From an uncultured Gemmatimonadaceae bacterium (lineage in GTDB: Bacteria; Gemmatimonadota; Gemmatimonadetes; Gemmatimonadales; Gemmatimonadaceae): a DNA stretch of 64,000 nt. Position numbers and translations under genes: made by a program. The notes below the pieces were generated by a model. It worked only from the letters and a program-made list of their open reading frames with translations, searched no databases and was not told where the DNA came from. Of this stretch, positions 12,847 through 27,417 are shown in pieces. The stretch covers positions 352,001 to 416,000 of the forward strand of contig CAWHHI010000008.1 in NCBI GenBank assembly GCA_963829055.1. Reading direction: 5' to 3'. The number at the start of each line of letters is the position of its first letter. The stretch's first letter is position 1.

Positions 12847-13026
12847 TTAGACGGTCGTGATCTGACTCGTCCGAGCGGCGAACCAGCTCTTGATGCTGCT
12901 TCCGAAGACCGTGACGACACCGATCAGGAGAACGGCGACGAGCGCGACGAGCAGCCCGTACTCCGTGACCGCGATACCTTCGTCCGACTTGATGAACTTG
13001 CTGGTAACGCTGCGAATCTGATTCAT
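12847..13026 (-). CDS. flp: Flp pilin, copy 1 (59 aa)
   Basis: MNQIRSVTSKFIKSDEGIAVTEYGLLVALVAVLLIGVVTVFGSSIKSWFAARTSQITTV; GAGGGG RBS upstream. Confidence 0.93.
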   Translation of the reverse strand: MNQIRSVTSKFIKSDEGIAVTEYGLLVALVAVLLIGVVTVFGSSIKSWFAARTSQITTV

Positions 13027-13672
13027 TTGAGCCCCCTCATGAGTTTTGTGAAACAACACCAATGTCGGCGAGGCAATAGCGATTCGCCTGGTCGTTCACT
13101 TCCCCGCGCCGAAACCACCTTCGACCAACCATCAAGTTCGCGCGAGGTTCGGTAGAACGAAAAGGCGCGTTGGTTTCGCAGGGTCGAGAAGCGGTACATG
13201 TTAATCGACTAACCTGCACCCCGCCACAGAAGTCAATCGCCGACCTCGTATTGCCCGGCGCCCTCTGCAAGAACGGTATCACTGCGATTCCCAACACGTT
13301 GGCGATGTCCTGCCCGCCCCAAACCGGTCGCTCTGCCTCACCGCACCGGATCGGAACATAGGATGGTAACCCAACTGTTAACCGCTTCTGATTGCAACTG
13401 ACTTTCTCACCGACTCGCCCATCTGTGCTCGAGCGCCGCGAAACTGGAATCGGTGTAGAATCGGTGTATTTGTCCGGTCACCGGCACCCATTGGACTTGG
13501 GAACCGTGAGTCAGGTCACGACCCGGTTTCCCTGCAATCGTTGCGGCCGACCGACACATAGTGTTGCATTCATGGCACGGTTTCACCACCGAAGATTGCC
13601 ACGGTAGCTCCTCCTCGAGTGCTACTCGAGTAGACGATTGAAACCCCCTGTCAGGGCACTCGTCGAACCGCA

Positions 13673-14144
13673 ATGAACGTTCAGTCCAGGTCCTCGCTCA
13701 CTCCTCGCCAGCAGATAGCGGCCGCGGCGGCCATCGGCACGGTGGCCGGCCTCCTTGCCTACGCGTTCCTGCAACGTCCGGGATTGGGGGCGACTACTTC
13801 TTCGTGTGGAGCGCTGCCCGATCATTGCTCGCGGGCAAGAACCCGTATCACGTCATCGCGGTCGGGCCGGAGAATCCAGGGAACGATGTGTTCCTCTACC
13901 CACTCCCGGCCCTGCTGCTCATCGCCCCGCTCGCGTGGCTTCCGTTGCCCATCTCGGGCGGATACTCCTCACCTGGTTTCACCGCCTCGGACCTGGCGAC
14001 TACTACGTCCAGAAGGCCATACCGTACGCGATGGGTATCTACTTCGTCGCCCTGGCCATCGTTCTGTTGCCCGAACCAAAGCCCGCGCCAGAGTCAACGG
14101 AGTCCCAAACGACTGACCCGATCGGAGCGGTCGTGGCGCCGTGA
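13673..14144 (+). pseudogene. GT87-like copy 2 with large internal deletion
   Basis: N-terminal GDYFFVWSAARSLLAGKNPY..YPLP joined directly to C-terminal AIPYAMGIYFVALAIVLLP; GQW, KPN and RWRR motifs missing. Confidence 0.6.
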
Positions 14145-15210
14145 GCAACGGCGCCAGCATCGCGCTCCAGGACTTGCCTCAGCGGGTCTGGGCGCGGGCC
14201 ATGACCGCGCTTCGTGCCGAAGAGGCCACTCGGTCATCGATCCAGGAGGTTCCCTGGCGACAGCGCGCGATGACGGCGTTGGCGATCGGTCTCGCGAGTG
14301 GGTTGCTCGCCTACTACTCCGTCCAGCGCCCGGGTGCGGTGCCGGATTTTCTCTACCCCTGGACGGGCATCCGGCTGTTCCTCGACGGCACCAATCCCTA
14401 CGTCGCTATGCGCGCGAACGCGAGCACCGCCATACGACGAGGCGCTGTTCTACCCGTTCACGGCGCCGCTCGCGCTGCTTCCATTCGCTCGACTGTCACT
14501 GGCGACCGCGGCAAGCGTGTTCTTTGGGTTGTCATCCGCCGCGCTCGCGTACGTCATCACGCGCGACGGCCTGTGGAGAGTGCACGTGTTCATGAGCGCC
14601 CCGTTCGTGACGGCCGCGCTCCTCGTGCAGTTCTCCCCGCTGCTCATGGCCGCGACGTTTCTGCCAGCGGTTGGGTTCCTGACCACGTTGAAGCCGAACA
14701 TCGGGCTGCCCCTGCTCGCTCTACCGCCCGACCTGGAAAGCCGTCGTCGGCAGCGCGGTGTTCGTGGCGATCACCCTGGCCGTGTTTCCGCGCTGGCCTC
14801 TCGGTTGGCTGGATAGCATCCGCCACGATGCTCAGGTCGGCTCCCATGCCATCCCAATGCTGCAGCTCGGGGGAGCGCTGCTCGCGCTGGCGGTGCTCCG
14901 CTGGCGGCGCCCCGCCGGGCGGCTTCTCCTGGCCATGAGCATCATCCCGCAGCAGCTCTTCTTCTACGATCAGCTGCCGCTCTGGCTCATCCCGCGGACG
15001 CGACAACAATCCATCGCGCTCACGGGATGCAGCCAACTCGCGTTCATCCTGTACTACCTCATGCGCACGCCGGGAGCGCCGGTGGTCCGGTCGGCCTACC
15101 CGTACGTGATCGCGCTCATCTATCTACCGGCCCTCGCGATCCTGCTTCGTCAGCCAAAACGTGAGCAGGGAGAGCCGTCCGAGTTGTCAAAGAGTAGCGC
15201 AGCGGCCTGA
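14141..15210 (+). CDS. GT87-like membrane glycosyltransferase, copy 3 (frameshifted)
   Basis: PDFLYPWTGIRLFLDGTNPY, FYPFTA, VQFSPL, KPNIG, RWRRPAGRL, PQQLFFYDQLPL. Confidence 0.72.
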
Positions 15211-15216
15211 CGCGAA

Positions 15217-16479
15217 TCAGCGCGACATCGAGAACGAGAATGGCTCCTGCACGAGCTGCTTGACCTTTTTCCCGCCGACATCGGCCGGGACAAATCTCAT
15301 CTGCGGCAGCGCAGTCCTCACCGACTCGGTGAACAGGTCGTGCGACGACTTCAGGATCTTGAGCGAGCCGACCTCGGCGCGCCCGGTCGTGTCGACCACG
15401 AACTGTGCGAGGACTTCTCCTTCCACAGCTGCCTGGCGCAGCAGGTTCGGGTACCGCGGCATCGCAGATCCGGGGGCCGGCTTGACTGGCACCTCTACCT
15501 GGAACTCGAAGTAGGGTTCCTGCGCGAGTACCGGCAACGGCCCCTTCGCGGACTGCGCGACAGGCTTGGCCCGCGGCGTGTTTGGAGATTCCATCTCGCA
15601 CGCCACGACCAGCACCGCCGCGGACGCGACAGCGAACAGAGAGGTGAGCCCGACACGATACCGCGGTGTTGACTGGCGCATCGAACGGATCCTCCGGCCC
15701 AGGAGAGAGGTTGACTCGGTGAGTGCGGCGGCCAGCAATCCACCGCGATCGGCGCGCTGCGCCACGGCGAGCAGGAGCGATCCGTACTTCCGCGCGTCGG
15801 GATAGACGCGCAGCACGCGCAGATCGCAGTCGAGCTCCATCGCGGAGCGAAGCCGGTAGAGCTGGAACCAGAGCGCCGGATTCCACGGCGCGCAGACGGC
15901 AGCCGCGACGGCTGCGAGCACGAGCCGCGGGTCGCCCCGCTCGAGGTGCTCGCGCTCGTGCCTGAGTACGAGCGCACGTAGCGGCCTCTCCATCCCGAGC
16001 ACCCATTCGGGTACGACTACCACCGGCGTGCGGAACCCGACCACTGCCGGGCCAGCATCACGCGAGACGAGCACAGGGTGCCCGTCGACAGTGGCAGCGC
16101 GCCAGGCGTGGCGCCGACGGGTAAGCGCTCGTGACGCAGCGACGAAGCGGACGGTGAGCGCAACGGTGAGAAGTGCCCACACGGTACCGACGATCATCCC
16201 GACATGACTCGTCGCGGAACTGATCGACACGCGCGGAAGCATCACGGCGAGTGGCGCGACGATCCCGCCGGAAACAGCCGCGCTCTCATCGAGCGACGGG
16301 ATCCAGCCTAACGCCTGCGCGAGCGACAGGAGCGGGAGGCCGAGCGACAGGATCATCGTCGCCAGCCAGACGAGGCGTGCCTGAACGCGCCAGAGGCGGA
16401 GCGCCCGCTCGGCGCCGAGTGCGGCGAGCGTGAGCAGCGCGCTCACGGCGGCGATGTGGAGCATCCACTGGAGGATCAT
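15217..16479 (-). CDS. BlaR1-type M56 peptidase fused to TonB C-terminal domain
   Basis: LVLRHEREHLERGD (HExxH), PWNPALW, ELDCDLRVL; C-terminal PRYPNLLRQAAVEGEVLAQFVVDTTGR. Confidence 0.9.
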   Translation of the reverse strand: MILQWMLHIAAVSALLTLAALGAERALRLWRVQARLVWLATMILSLGLPLLSLAQALGWIPSLDESAAVSGGIVAPLAVMLPRVSISSATSHVGMIVGTVWALLTVALTVRFVAASRALTRRRHAWRAATVDGHPVLVSRDAGPAVVGFRTPVVVVPEWVLGMERPLRALVLRHEREHLERGDPRLVLAAVAAAVCAPWNPALWFQLYRLRSAMELDCDLRVLRVYPDARKYGSLLLAVAQRADRGGLLAAALTESTSLLGRRIRSMRQSTPRYRVGLTSLFAVASAAVLVVACEMESPNTPRAKPVAQSAKGPLPVLAQEPYFEFQVEVPVKPAPGSAMPRYPNLLRQAAVEGEVLAQFVVDTTGRAEVGSLKILKSSHDLFTESVRTALPQMRFVPADVGGKKVKQLVQEPFSFSMSR

Positions 16480-16907
16480 CGCTTCCCTTCTCCTCGCCCG
16501 CGGCGCGGCGGTTTCGTGGTGGAGGTCTCGCCTTCCGTCGCCTGGTCGGCGAGGCGCTCACCGAGCGCGGCGTGCAGCCGCTTCAGCTCTTCGCCGGAGA
16601 GCGGGTGGTCGGAGACCAGGTGCGACACGAGCATCGCGGCGTCACCTCCGAACATCTTGTCGATCAGCTTCGCAACGGCGCTCCGGCCCGCGGTCTTCCG
16701 AGCGACGCGCGGGAAGTACCGGTGGGCCTTGCCCTCGCCCTCGTGCCTAACGAACCCCTTGGCTTCGAGATTCCGGAGGATGGTGAGGACGGTGGTATAG
16801 GCGAGGTCGGCGGGCAGTCGGTCACGCACCTCGGTGACCGTGGCCGAGCCGGTCTCCCAGAGGACGCCCATGACGTCGAGCTCGCGTTCGCCAAATTCAG
16901 GTGGCAC
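16476..16907 (-). CDS. blaI: BlaI/MecI/CopY family repressor
   Basis: GERELDVMGVLWETGSATVTEVRDRL..LAYTTVLTILRNLEAKGFV; start estimated at GTG 16907. Confidence 0.9.
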   Translation of the reverse strand: MPPEFGERELDVMGVLWETGSATVTEVRDRLPADLAYTTVLTILRNLEAKGFVRHEGEGKAHRYFPRVARKTAGRSAVAKLIDKMFGGDAAMLVSHLVSDHPLSGEELKRLHAALGERLADQATEGETSTTKPPRRGRGEGKR

Positions 16908-16917
16908 GGACAGGAAC

Positions 16918-16979
16918 CTACTAAGAGGATAGTTGAACCTATGAGCGGAACTCGGGTTTGTCAACTATGCGCATAGTAG
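16918..16979. promoter_or_regulatory. Pair of putative BlaI operators (ACTA-N6-TAGT)
   Basis: ACTAAGAGGATAGT at 16920-16933 and perfect palindrome ACTATGCGCATAGT at 16964-16977, directly upstream of blaI. Confidence 0.6.
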
Positions 16980-17246
16980 TTGCGGCTGCATGCAGAACGT
17001 CACTGCTTCGGCAAGCATCCAGAACGAAGGTGTTTTTGAGAAGAGGCCGGAAACAACTGAAACGGCCTGATCTGATCGCGTCCGGGTCGGGTCCTTGAGC
17101 CGGGGCCTATTGAAAAGGGGAACGGCTCGTTGCGCCGCCGTCTGTACGATCATTGGCCCGATCCGCCCGATCCGGTGTTTCCGGCCGTTTCCGTTCACAC
17201 CCGCGGTTCTGGATGCTAACCGACGACAGGGTGGCGCAGGAGCCAG

Positions 17247-17942
17247 CTATCTAACGGGCGCAAGTGCACGGTCGCCGTACCCGCGGAGTACGAACTGCAA
17301 CGAGCCCTGCGTAGCGGCGATCGCCAGCTTCTCGGCCTGGTCCGGCGTGACTTCGAGCGACGCCACCGCGGCGCGAACCGGACGACCGTCCTTAGTTCGC
17401 TGGCCCCCGGTCCTCATCGCAAGCACACGCATGTCCGACAAGAACAACCTGGCGACGCGCCGGCCAGTTCCGGGATTGTCGGCGACGACCATGACATCGA
17501 CGTGCGTGTTCGGCAGAATCAGGCCCGCGAGAGCGGCGACGTCGTCGACGCGGATACCGTAGGCGCGTTTGCCCGGAGCAATCCTGACCTCTGTCCCGGT
17601 GCCCTCGGGCACGAGGCGGTCCGGCACGAAGGCCTCGCCTCTGTATACGACCATGTCCGTGACGCGGTTCGCCACCGAGTCGATGCTCGTGTACGCGCCG
17701 ACGGGCCGGGTGCCCGCCGGCCACTGCGTCACAGCGATCGCCGTGCGGTCCACGGCCACACCTTCGGGCAGGTCCTTCAGGGCGACTACTAAGGGCAGCG
17801 TCGCAACGCGTCGAGATGCATTGGGCGCATCCAGCGTATCCCTGAAGACCAGCAAGGCCAGCGTTGCCAGCGCCGCCGCGACCGCGTGGCGCTTGACCGC
17901 CGATCTCGCTCCCCTAGGCTCCAAGATCCTTCCGCCCGTCAT
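17247..17942 (-). CDS. cpaB: Second, stand-alone CpaB/RcpC paralog
   Basis: LPLVVALKDLPEGVAVDR..QWPAGTRPVGAYTSIDSVANRVT..PGKRAYGIRVDDVAALAG..AEKLAIAATQGSLQFVLRGYGD; collinear with 9767..10722. Confidence 0.85.
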   Translation of the reverse strand: MTGGRILEPRGARSAVKRHAVAAALATLALLVFRDTLDAPNASRRVATLPLVVALKDLPEGVAVDRTAIAVTQWPAGTRPVGAYTSIDSVANRVTDMVVYRGEAFVPDRLVPEGTGTEVRIAPGKRAYGIRVDDVAALAGLILPNTHVDVMVVADNPGTGRRVARLFLSDMRVLAMRTGGQRTKDGRPVRAAVASLEVTPDQAEKLAIAATQGSLQFVLRGYGDRALAPVR

Positions 17943-18071
17943 TGGTCAGAACAACTCGCCGCGGTAAGCAGGCCAAGCGCGATCGCGACCCGCCTCAGGA
18001 TGTTGAGCACGTGCACTCATTTGGGGGAGAACAACACGATACGGCGGTCGGGCCAGCGGTCAACAGGAGAA

Positions 18072-18095
18072 TTCTTCAACACTTTCGTTGAAGAA
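18072..18095. promoter_or_regulatory. Putative SufR operator
   Basis: TTCTTCAAC-N6-GTTGAAGAA just upstream of sufR; contains CAAC-N6-GTTG, the cyanobacterial SufR site. Confidence 0.7.
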
Positions 18096-18123
18096 GGCCG
18101 GAATCCAGAGTATTCTTCTCCCC

Positions 18124-18854
18124 ATGCTCCCTGTCGCCCCAACGCTCGCCTGGCTTTCGCGGTATCCGCGGCGACGTGCTGGTCGCGGTCAAGAAGGCAC
18201 AGCCCGTCACCGCCAACGGAGCTCGGCGCACAGTTCGGCCTCACGGCGAACGCGCTGCGCCGGCACCTCAAGGAGCTCGAGAGCGAAGGGCTCGTGCGCT
18301 GCGCTCGGCAGGTGCGCGGGGTTGGCGGACCGCGTACTCGCTCTACTCGCTGACTGAAGCAGGGCGAGGCGTTGTTCCCTCGCGCGTACGACACGACGCT
18401 CACGACGCTGCTCGACACCGTGCGCGCAGCAGCGCGGCACCGACGGCGTGGTCGAGCTCTTCCGTGCACAGTGGGAACGCGTCGCCGGCGGCGCGAAAGA
18501 GCAGCTCGCCGCGCTGCCGCTCAACGAGCGAGCGCAGTTGCTCGCGGAGCTGCTGACGTCACACGGCTACATGGCCGAGGCGGGCGCGAGCGCCGACGGC
18601 GAGCGAGACGCTCATCCGCGAGCACAACTGCGTGCTTCGCGCGGTCGCCGAGAAGTTTCCGGAAGTGTGCGTCGCCGAAGAGCGGTTTCTCGCGGAGTTC
18701 CTCGGCGCGGTGGTGGAGCGGCGACAGCACATCGCGAGTGGCGCGAGCTGCTGCGAGTACTGTGTGAAGGAACGACGGGAATCGGGAATACGGGAATCGG
18801 GAACTCGGCAACGCGTCGACGAACGACTCAACACGTCACTACGACGGCAGCCCA

Positions 18855-18862
<8 letters not shown>
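18124..18862 (+). CDS. sufR: SufR-like HTH regulator (frameshifted)
   Basis: ELGAQFGLTANALRRHLKELESEGLV HTH; EHNC..VC..CCEYC Fe-S ligand pattern; heads suf operon. Confidence 0.8.
18776..18810 (+). repeat. Short tandem GGGAATC-like heptamer repeat
   Basis: CGGGAATCGGGAATACGGGAATCGGGAACTCGGCA; related units at about 22632-22653. Confidence 0.6.
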
Positions 18863-20293
<1,431 letters not shown>

Positions 20294-20305
20294 GCACGCG
20301 ACACG

Positions 20306-20414
20306 GTCATCCCGAGCGCGCAGCGAGGGACCTTCTGTGAATCTCAGGGGCAAGACGCGAGCTACGATGCATCAGCACTCGGTCCCTCGTCGCTCCGCGT
20401 ACCTCGGGATCGAC
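20306..20414. repeat. Palindromic REP/RPE-like element, copy 1 (sufB-sufC spacer)
   Basis: GTCATCCCGAG..CGAGGGACC...GGTCCCTCG..CTCGGGAT(C)GAC nested inverted repeats. Confidence 0.75.
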
Positions 20415-20434
20415 ACCAATACACACGTACTCAA

Positions 20435-21239
20435 ATGCTAGAGATCAGAAATCTTCACGCCAGCGTTGGCGATAAGCCAATCCTTCGCGGCATCAGCCTC
20501 ACGGTGAACGCCGGCGAGGTGCACGCGGTCATGGGGCCTAACGGGTCCGGCAAGAGCACGCTCGCGCAGGTGCTCGCCGGACACCCGGCGTACGAGGTCA
20601 CCGGCGGCGAGGTGTACTACGACGGCGAGAATCTGCTCGAGATGGATCCCGAGGAGCGCGCGCAGAAGGGCGTCTTCCTCGCGTTCCAGTATCCGGTCGA
20701 GATCCCCGGCGTCATCGAACGCGTACTTCCTGCGCTCGGCGTACAACGAGATCCGCAAGGCGCGCGGCGAGGACGAGGTCGATCCGCTCGACTTCCTCGA
20801 CGTCATGGACGAGAAGCTCCAGCTCGTGCACATGAGCGAGGACATGCTGCAGCGCTCGGTGAACACGGGCTTCTCCGGCGGCGAGAAGAAGCGCAACGAG
20901 ATTCTGCAGATGGCGGTGCTCGATCCGAGGCTCGCGATTCTCGACGAGACGGATTCGGGTCTCGACATCGACGCGCTGCGCATCGTCGCCGACGGCGTGA
21001 ACGCCATGCGGCGGCCGGACAACGCGACGATCGTCGTCACGCACTATCAGCGGCTGCTCAACTACATCGTGCCGGACTTCGTCCACGTGCTCGCGGACGG
21101 CCGCATCGTCAGGTCCGGCGGCAAGGAGCTCGCGCTGGAGCTGGAGGCGAAGGGCTACGACTGGGTCACGGAGGCCACGGCTGCGTGGGAAGCCGGAGCG
21201 GCAGCGGCGAGACTCGGTGCAGATCGGGCGGCCGGCACA

Positions 21240-21243
<4 letters not shown>
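20435..21243 (+). CDS. sufC: Fe-S assembly ATPase SufC (frameshifted)
   Basis: [38 protein letters not shown]. Confidence 0.96.
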
Positions 21244-23880
<2,637 letters not shown>

Positions 23881-23881
<1 letters not shown>

Positions 23882-24310
23882 TGTCATTCCGAGGAGCGCA
23901 GCGGCGAGGAATCCGATCATCTCGTAGAGGCGGCCCCTCTGCCGGACAGTCGGATTCCTCGACTGCGCTCGGCTGCGACCTCGCTCGGAATGACGAGTTC
24001 ATCGAAGTCGCGCGGCTCGACGACGTACCCGAGATGGGCGTGCTCGGCGTCGAAGGGCCCGACGGGCGCGGGGTGTGTCTCGTGCGGTTCGGCGGGCGGT
24101 GGCGGCGTTCGCGGACGAGTGTACGCACCAGGCCTTCCCGCTCTCGGCCGGCGAGGTGCACCCGGACGGCACGCTCGAGTGCGTGTGGCACGGCGCGCGG
24201 TTCGACTGCCTAACGGGCGCCGTGCGGCAGCGATCCGGCGACGGATGCTCTCACCGCTTACCCGGTGCGCGTCGATGACGATCGCGTGTTCGTCGGACCG
24301 GCGGAGGTGA
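23881..24310 (+). CDS. Rieske-type 2Fe-2S ferredoxin with repeat-encoded N-terminal extension (frameshifted downstream)
   Basis: DECTHQ and [11 protein letters not shown]ieske motifs; ATG overlaps sufS TGA. Confidence 0.82.
23883..23994. repeat. Palindromic REP/RPE-like element, copy 2 (inside 5' end of Rieske gene)
   Basis: GTCATTCCGAG..CGAGGAATCCGA...TCGGATTCCTCG..CTCGGAATGAC. Confidence 0.8.
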
Positions 24311-24314
24311 CACC

Positions 24315-24781
24315 GTGAGCAGCAACTCCAACCCGGATTCAGACGCCCGACTCTCGGGGCTCTATCAGGAAGCTCATCCTCGACCACTACCGGCGGCCCC
24401 GGAACAAGGGGACGCTCGCGTCTGCCGACCGGAACTCGGCGAGCCTGCGGAATCCACTCTGCGGGGACGAGGTCGAGGTGCAGGTCGAGATGCACGACGG
24501 CCACGTGGCGGACGTGCAAGTTCAGCGGTCGCGGCTGTTCCATTTCGCAGGCTTCGGCGTCTATGATGACCGAGCTCGTGAAGGGGCGGACGCCCGACGA
24601 GGTTCACGCGCTCGGCGAGCGGTTCGCGGACATGATTCGTGGGGACGCGACCGCGGCCAGCGATGAGGTGCTCGGTCAGGCGCGCGCGTTGTCGGGGGTC
24701 TCGCGATTCCCGACGCGCGTGCGATGCGCGATGATCGCGTGGGAAGCAATGGCACGAGCTGCGGCAGAACCGGCACCGTAG
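24315..24781 (+). CDS. sufU: SufU/NifU-like protein (frameshifted)
   Basis: ILDHYRRPRNKG, NPLCGDEV, SRFPTRVRCAMIAWEAM. Confidence 0.9.
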
Positions 24782-24818
24782 TTGGCGCTTTTCGCCGGCA
24801 CTCTCACTTTCAGAGGAC

Positions 24819-25804
24819 ATGGCACAGCACGATCTCGTCGTCGTTGCCGGTGGCGGCGGCTTCATTGGTGGACATCTCGGTGGCGGCGCTCCGGGCAGAA
24901 GGGCGCCGCATTCGCGTCGTGGACGTGAAGCCGATGGACGAGTGGTATCAGCGGTTCGACGACGTCGAGAACGTCGTCGCCGACCTGCAGCGTCGCGAGG
25001 CGTGCATCGCCGCCTGCGACGGAGCGGCCGAGGTCTATCAGCTCGCGTGCGACATGGGCGGCATGGGCTTCATCGAGCACAACAAGGCGTTATGCATGTT
25101 GTCGGTGCTGATCAACACGCACATGCTGGAAGCCGCGCGCGATGCTGGCGTTAGGCGCTTCTTCTACTCGTCGTCCGCGTGCGTGTACAACGCGGACAAG
25201 CAGACGAGGCCCGACCTGGTCGCGCTCCGGGAGGAGGACGCGTATCCCGGCGATGCCCGAGGATGGCTACGGCTGGGAGAAGCTGTTCTCGGAGCGCATG
25301 TGCCGGCACTTCCGCGAGGACTTCGGTCTCGTGACGCGCGTGGCGCGCTATCATAACGCGTACGGCCCGCATGGCACGTGGGAGGGTGGCCGGGAGAAGG
25401 CACCGGCGGCGATCTGCCGGAAGGTGATCGCGGCCAAGGTGAGCGGGAAACACGAGATCCCGATCTGGGGCGACGGGAATCAGTCGCGGTCGTTCATGTA
25501 CATCTCGGACTGCGTGCGCGGGACGCGGGCGATCATGGACAGCGACATCATCGAGCCGATCAACCTCGGGTCGAGCGAGCTGGTGACGATCAACCAGCTG
25601 GTGTCGATCGTGGAGGGGATCGCGGGGATCGAGTTGAAGCGGACGTACGACCTGACGGCGCCGAAGGGCGTGAACGGGCGGAACTCGGACAACACGAAGA
25701 TCCGCGAGTACCTCGGCTGGGAGCCGTCGGTGGCGCTACGCGATGGGCTCGAGAAGACGTATCGGTGGATCTACGACGACTACGTCGCCAAGTACGGAAG
25801 CTGA
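24819..25804 (+). CDS. NAD-dependent epimerase, GDP-mannose 3,5-epimerase-like (frameshifted)
   Basis: AGGGGFIG, LACDMGGMGFI, YSSSACVY, YGWEK, GGREKAPAAICRKV. Confidence 0.88.
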
Positions 25805-26364
25805 GACTCCTCGTTCAAGTCGACGGAGTGCCTCGAATCCACGCGGGCCATCGAGCCACTCGACGCTCGAGCCAAGACGGCACGAGTCCCTTGTTCGGTC
25901 GTCGCAGCACGAGGAAGAGAGCCGGGAGGTAGATCAGCAGCACGCCCGCCGCGCCGGATACACGGAGCCATACCTCCTACGAAGGCGTGACACCAGGAGC
26001 GCAAGGGGCACGCGGCGGCGGCACGGGGGACCACACGGCGCGGCTCAACACGCGATGGTAGTTCACGAATGTTCGCTCTTCGGCGTACTCACGACGCGCA
26101 GCACCATTGCCACCGTGCGGATGCCCGGCACGGGATGGCGCCGACGAGCAGGTCCGCGCGTGCGCCCATGCCCGCTGGCGAAAGAGTCCGGAGAACGCTA
26201 CGATCACAGCGGCGAAGCGGGTCGGCAGCGCAGACATGACACATCACTCTTGCCAAAGAGATCTGTCAGTCTGCAAGGCCACCCGCTTCGTCACGTCATG
26301 AGCTCGCCTGATTCACCAGACGAGAAATGGCCAAAGTCCAGTCAAGCGCTTAGGAACCGAGGGC

Positions 26365-27417
26365 ATGCGGTACATTCATCAAGCCGACTTGCAAGAGGTC
26401 CTCGAAATCGGACGGCGGCGATTTCGAGGCGCTTCGAGGCGCGACCCTGCTCGTAACCGGCGCGACCGGGTTCGTCGGCTCATGGATTCTGGAGACGGCG
26501 GCTTTTGCTAACACCGCCGCGAGCGCGGGAATTCGTCTCGTTGCTCTGGTGCCGCCCGGAATTGACGCTACACAGGTCAGCCGACTGCACGGAGTGCGTG
26601 TCGTGGAGGGCGACATTCGAACTCTCGATCTTCGAGAGCTCGTGCGCCAGGCTCCTGAGGTCGCGGCGGTTGACGCCGTGGTCCACGCGGCTATCGCCGT
26701 GGACGCAACGACCGTCGCCGCGAACCCGATGCCAACGCTCGAGACGGCCGTGGAGGGAACACGACGTGCGCTTGCCGTCGCTCGGGAAAGCGGGGCGCGT
26801 CGGTTTCTCTTTCTCAGCTCTGGTGCCGTCTACGGAAAGTGCCCCCCTGACCTCACGCGTATCCCCGAGTCGTACTGTGGCGGTCCTGATACGACAGACC
26901 CGTTGGCGGTATACGCCGAGGGGAAGCGAATCGGCGAAATGATGTGTGCATGTACGACTCGCGCGCACGGACTGGAGACCGTCATGGCGAGGGGATTTGC
27001 GTTCGTCGGGCCACACCTGCCCATCGATCGCCACTTCGCGCTCGGCAATTTCATCCGCGACGCGCTTCGTGGCGGGCCTGTGGTTGTCGCGAGCGACGGC
27101 ACTCCAATCCGTTCATACCAGTACGCGGCAGACATGGCGGCCTGGCTTTGGGCGCTGCTCGTTCGCGGTGAAAGCGGCCGTGCTTACAACGTCGGCGCCT
27201 CGCGCGAGATCTCCGTTGGTGAGCTTGCGCGGCTCGTCGCCGCTGCTGCCGGGAACGGTTCCACGGTCGAAGTGCGCCGTCCGGCAGTTCCGGGGCTACT
27301 CCCGAGCGATACTTGCCGGATGTGAGCCTCGCGACCGAGACGCTCGGTTTGCGCGAGACCGTGACCCTCGAAGAGAGTATCGAACGCACACTCCGATGGC
27401 ACCGGAGCTTCCAGTGA
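26365..27417 (+). CDS. NAD-dependent epimerase/dehydratase (frameshifted)
   Basis: LVTGATGFVGSW, SSGAVYG, YAEGK. Confidence 0.85.

Noticed and set aside
25805..26364. ORF 25743..26456 and small ORFs between the epimerases
   Set aside because: No recognisable motif or coding bias; treated as intergenic
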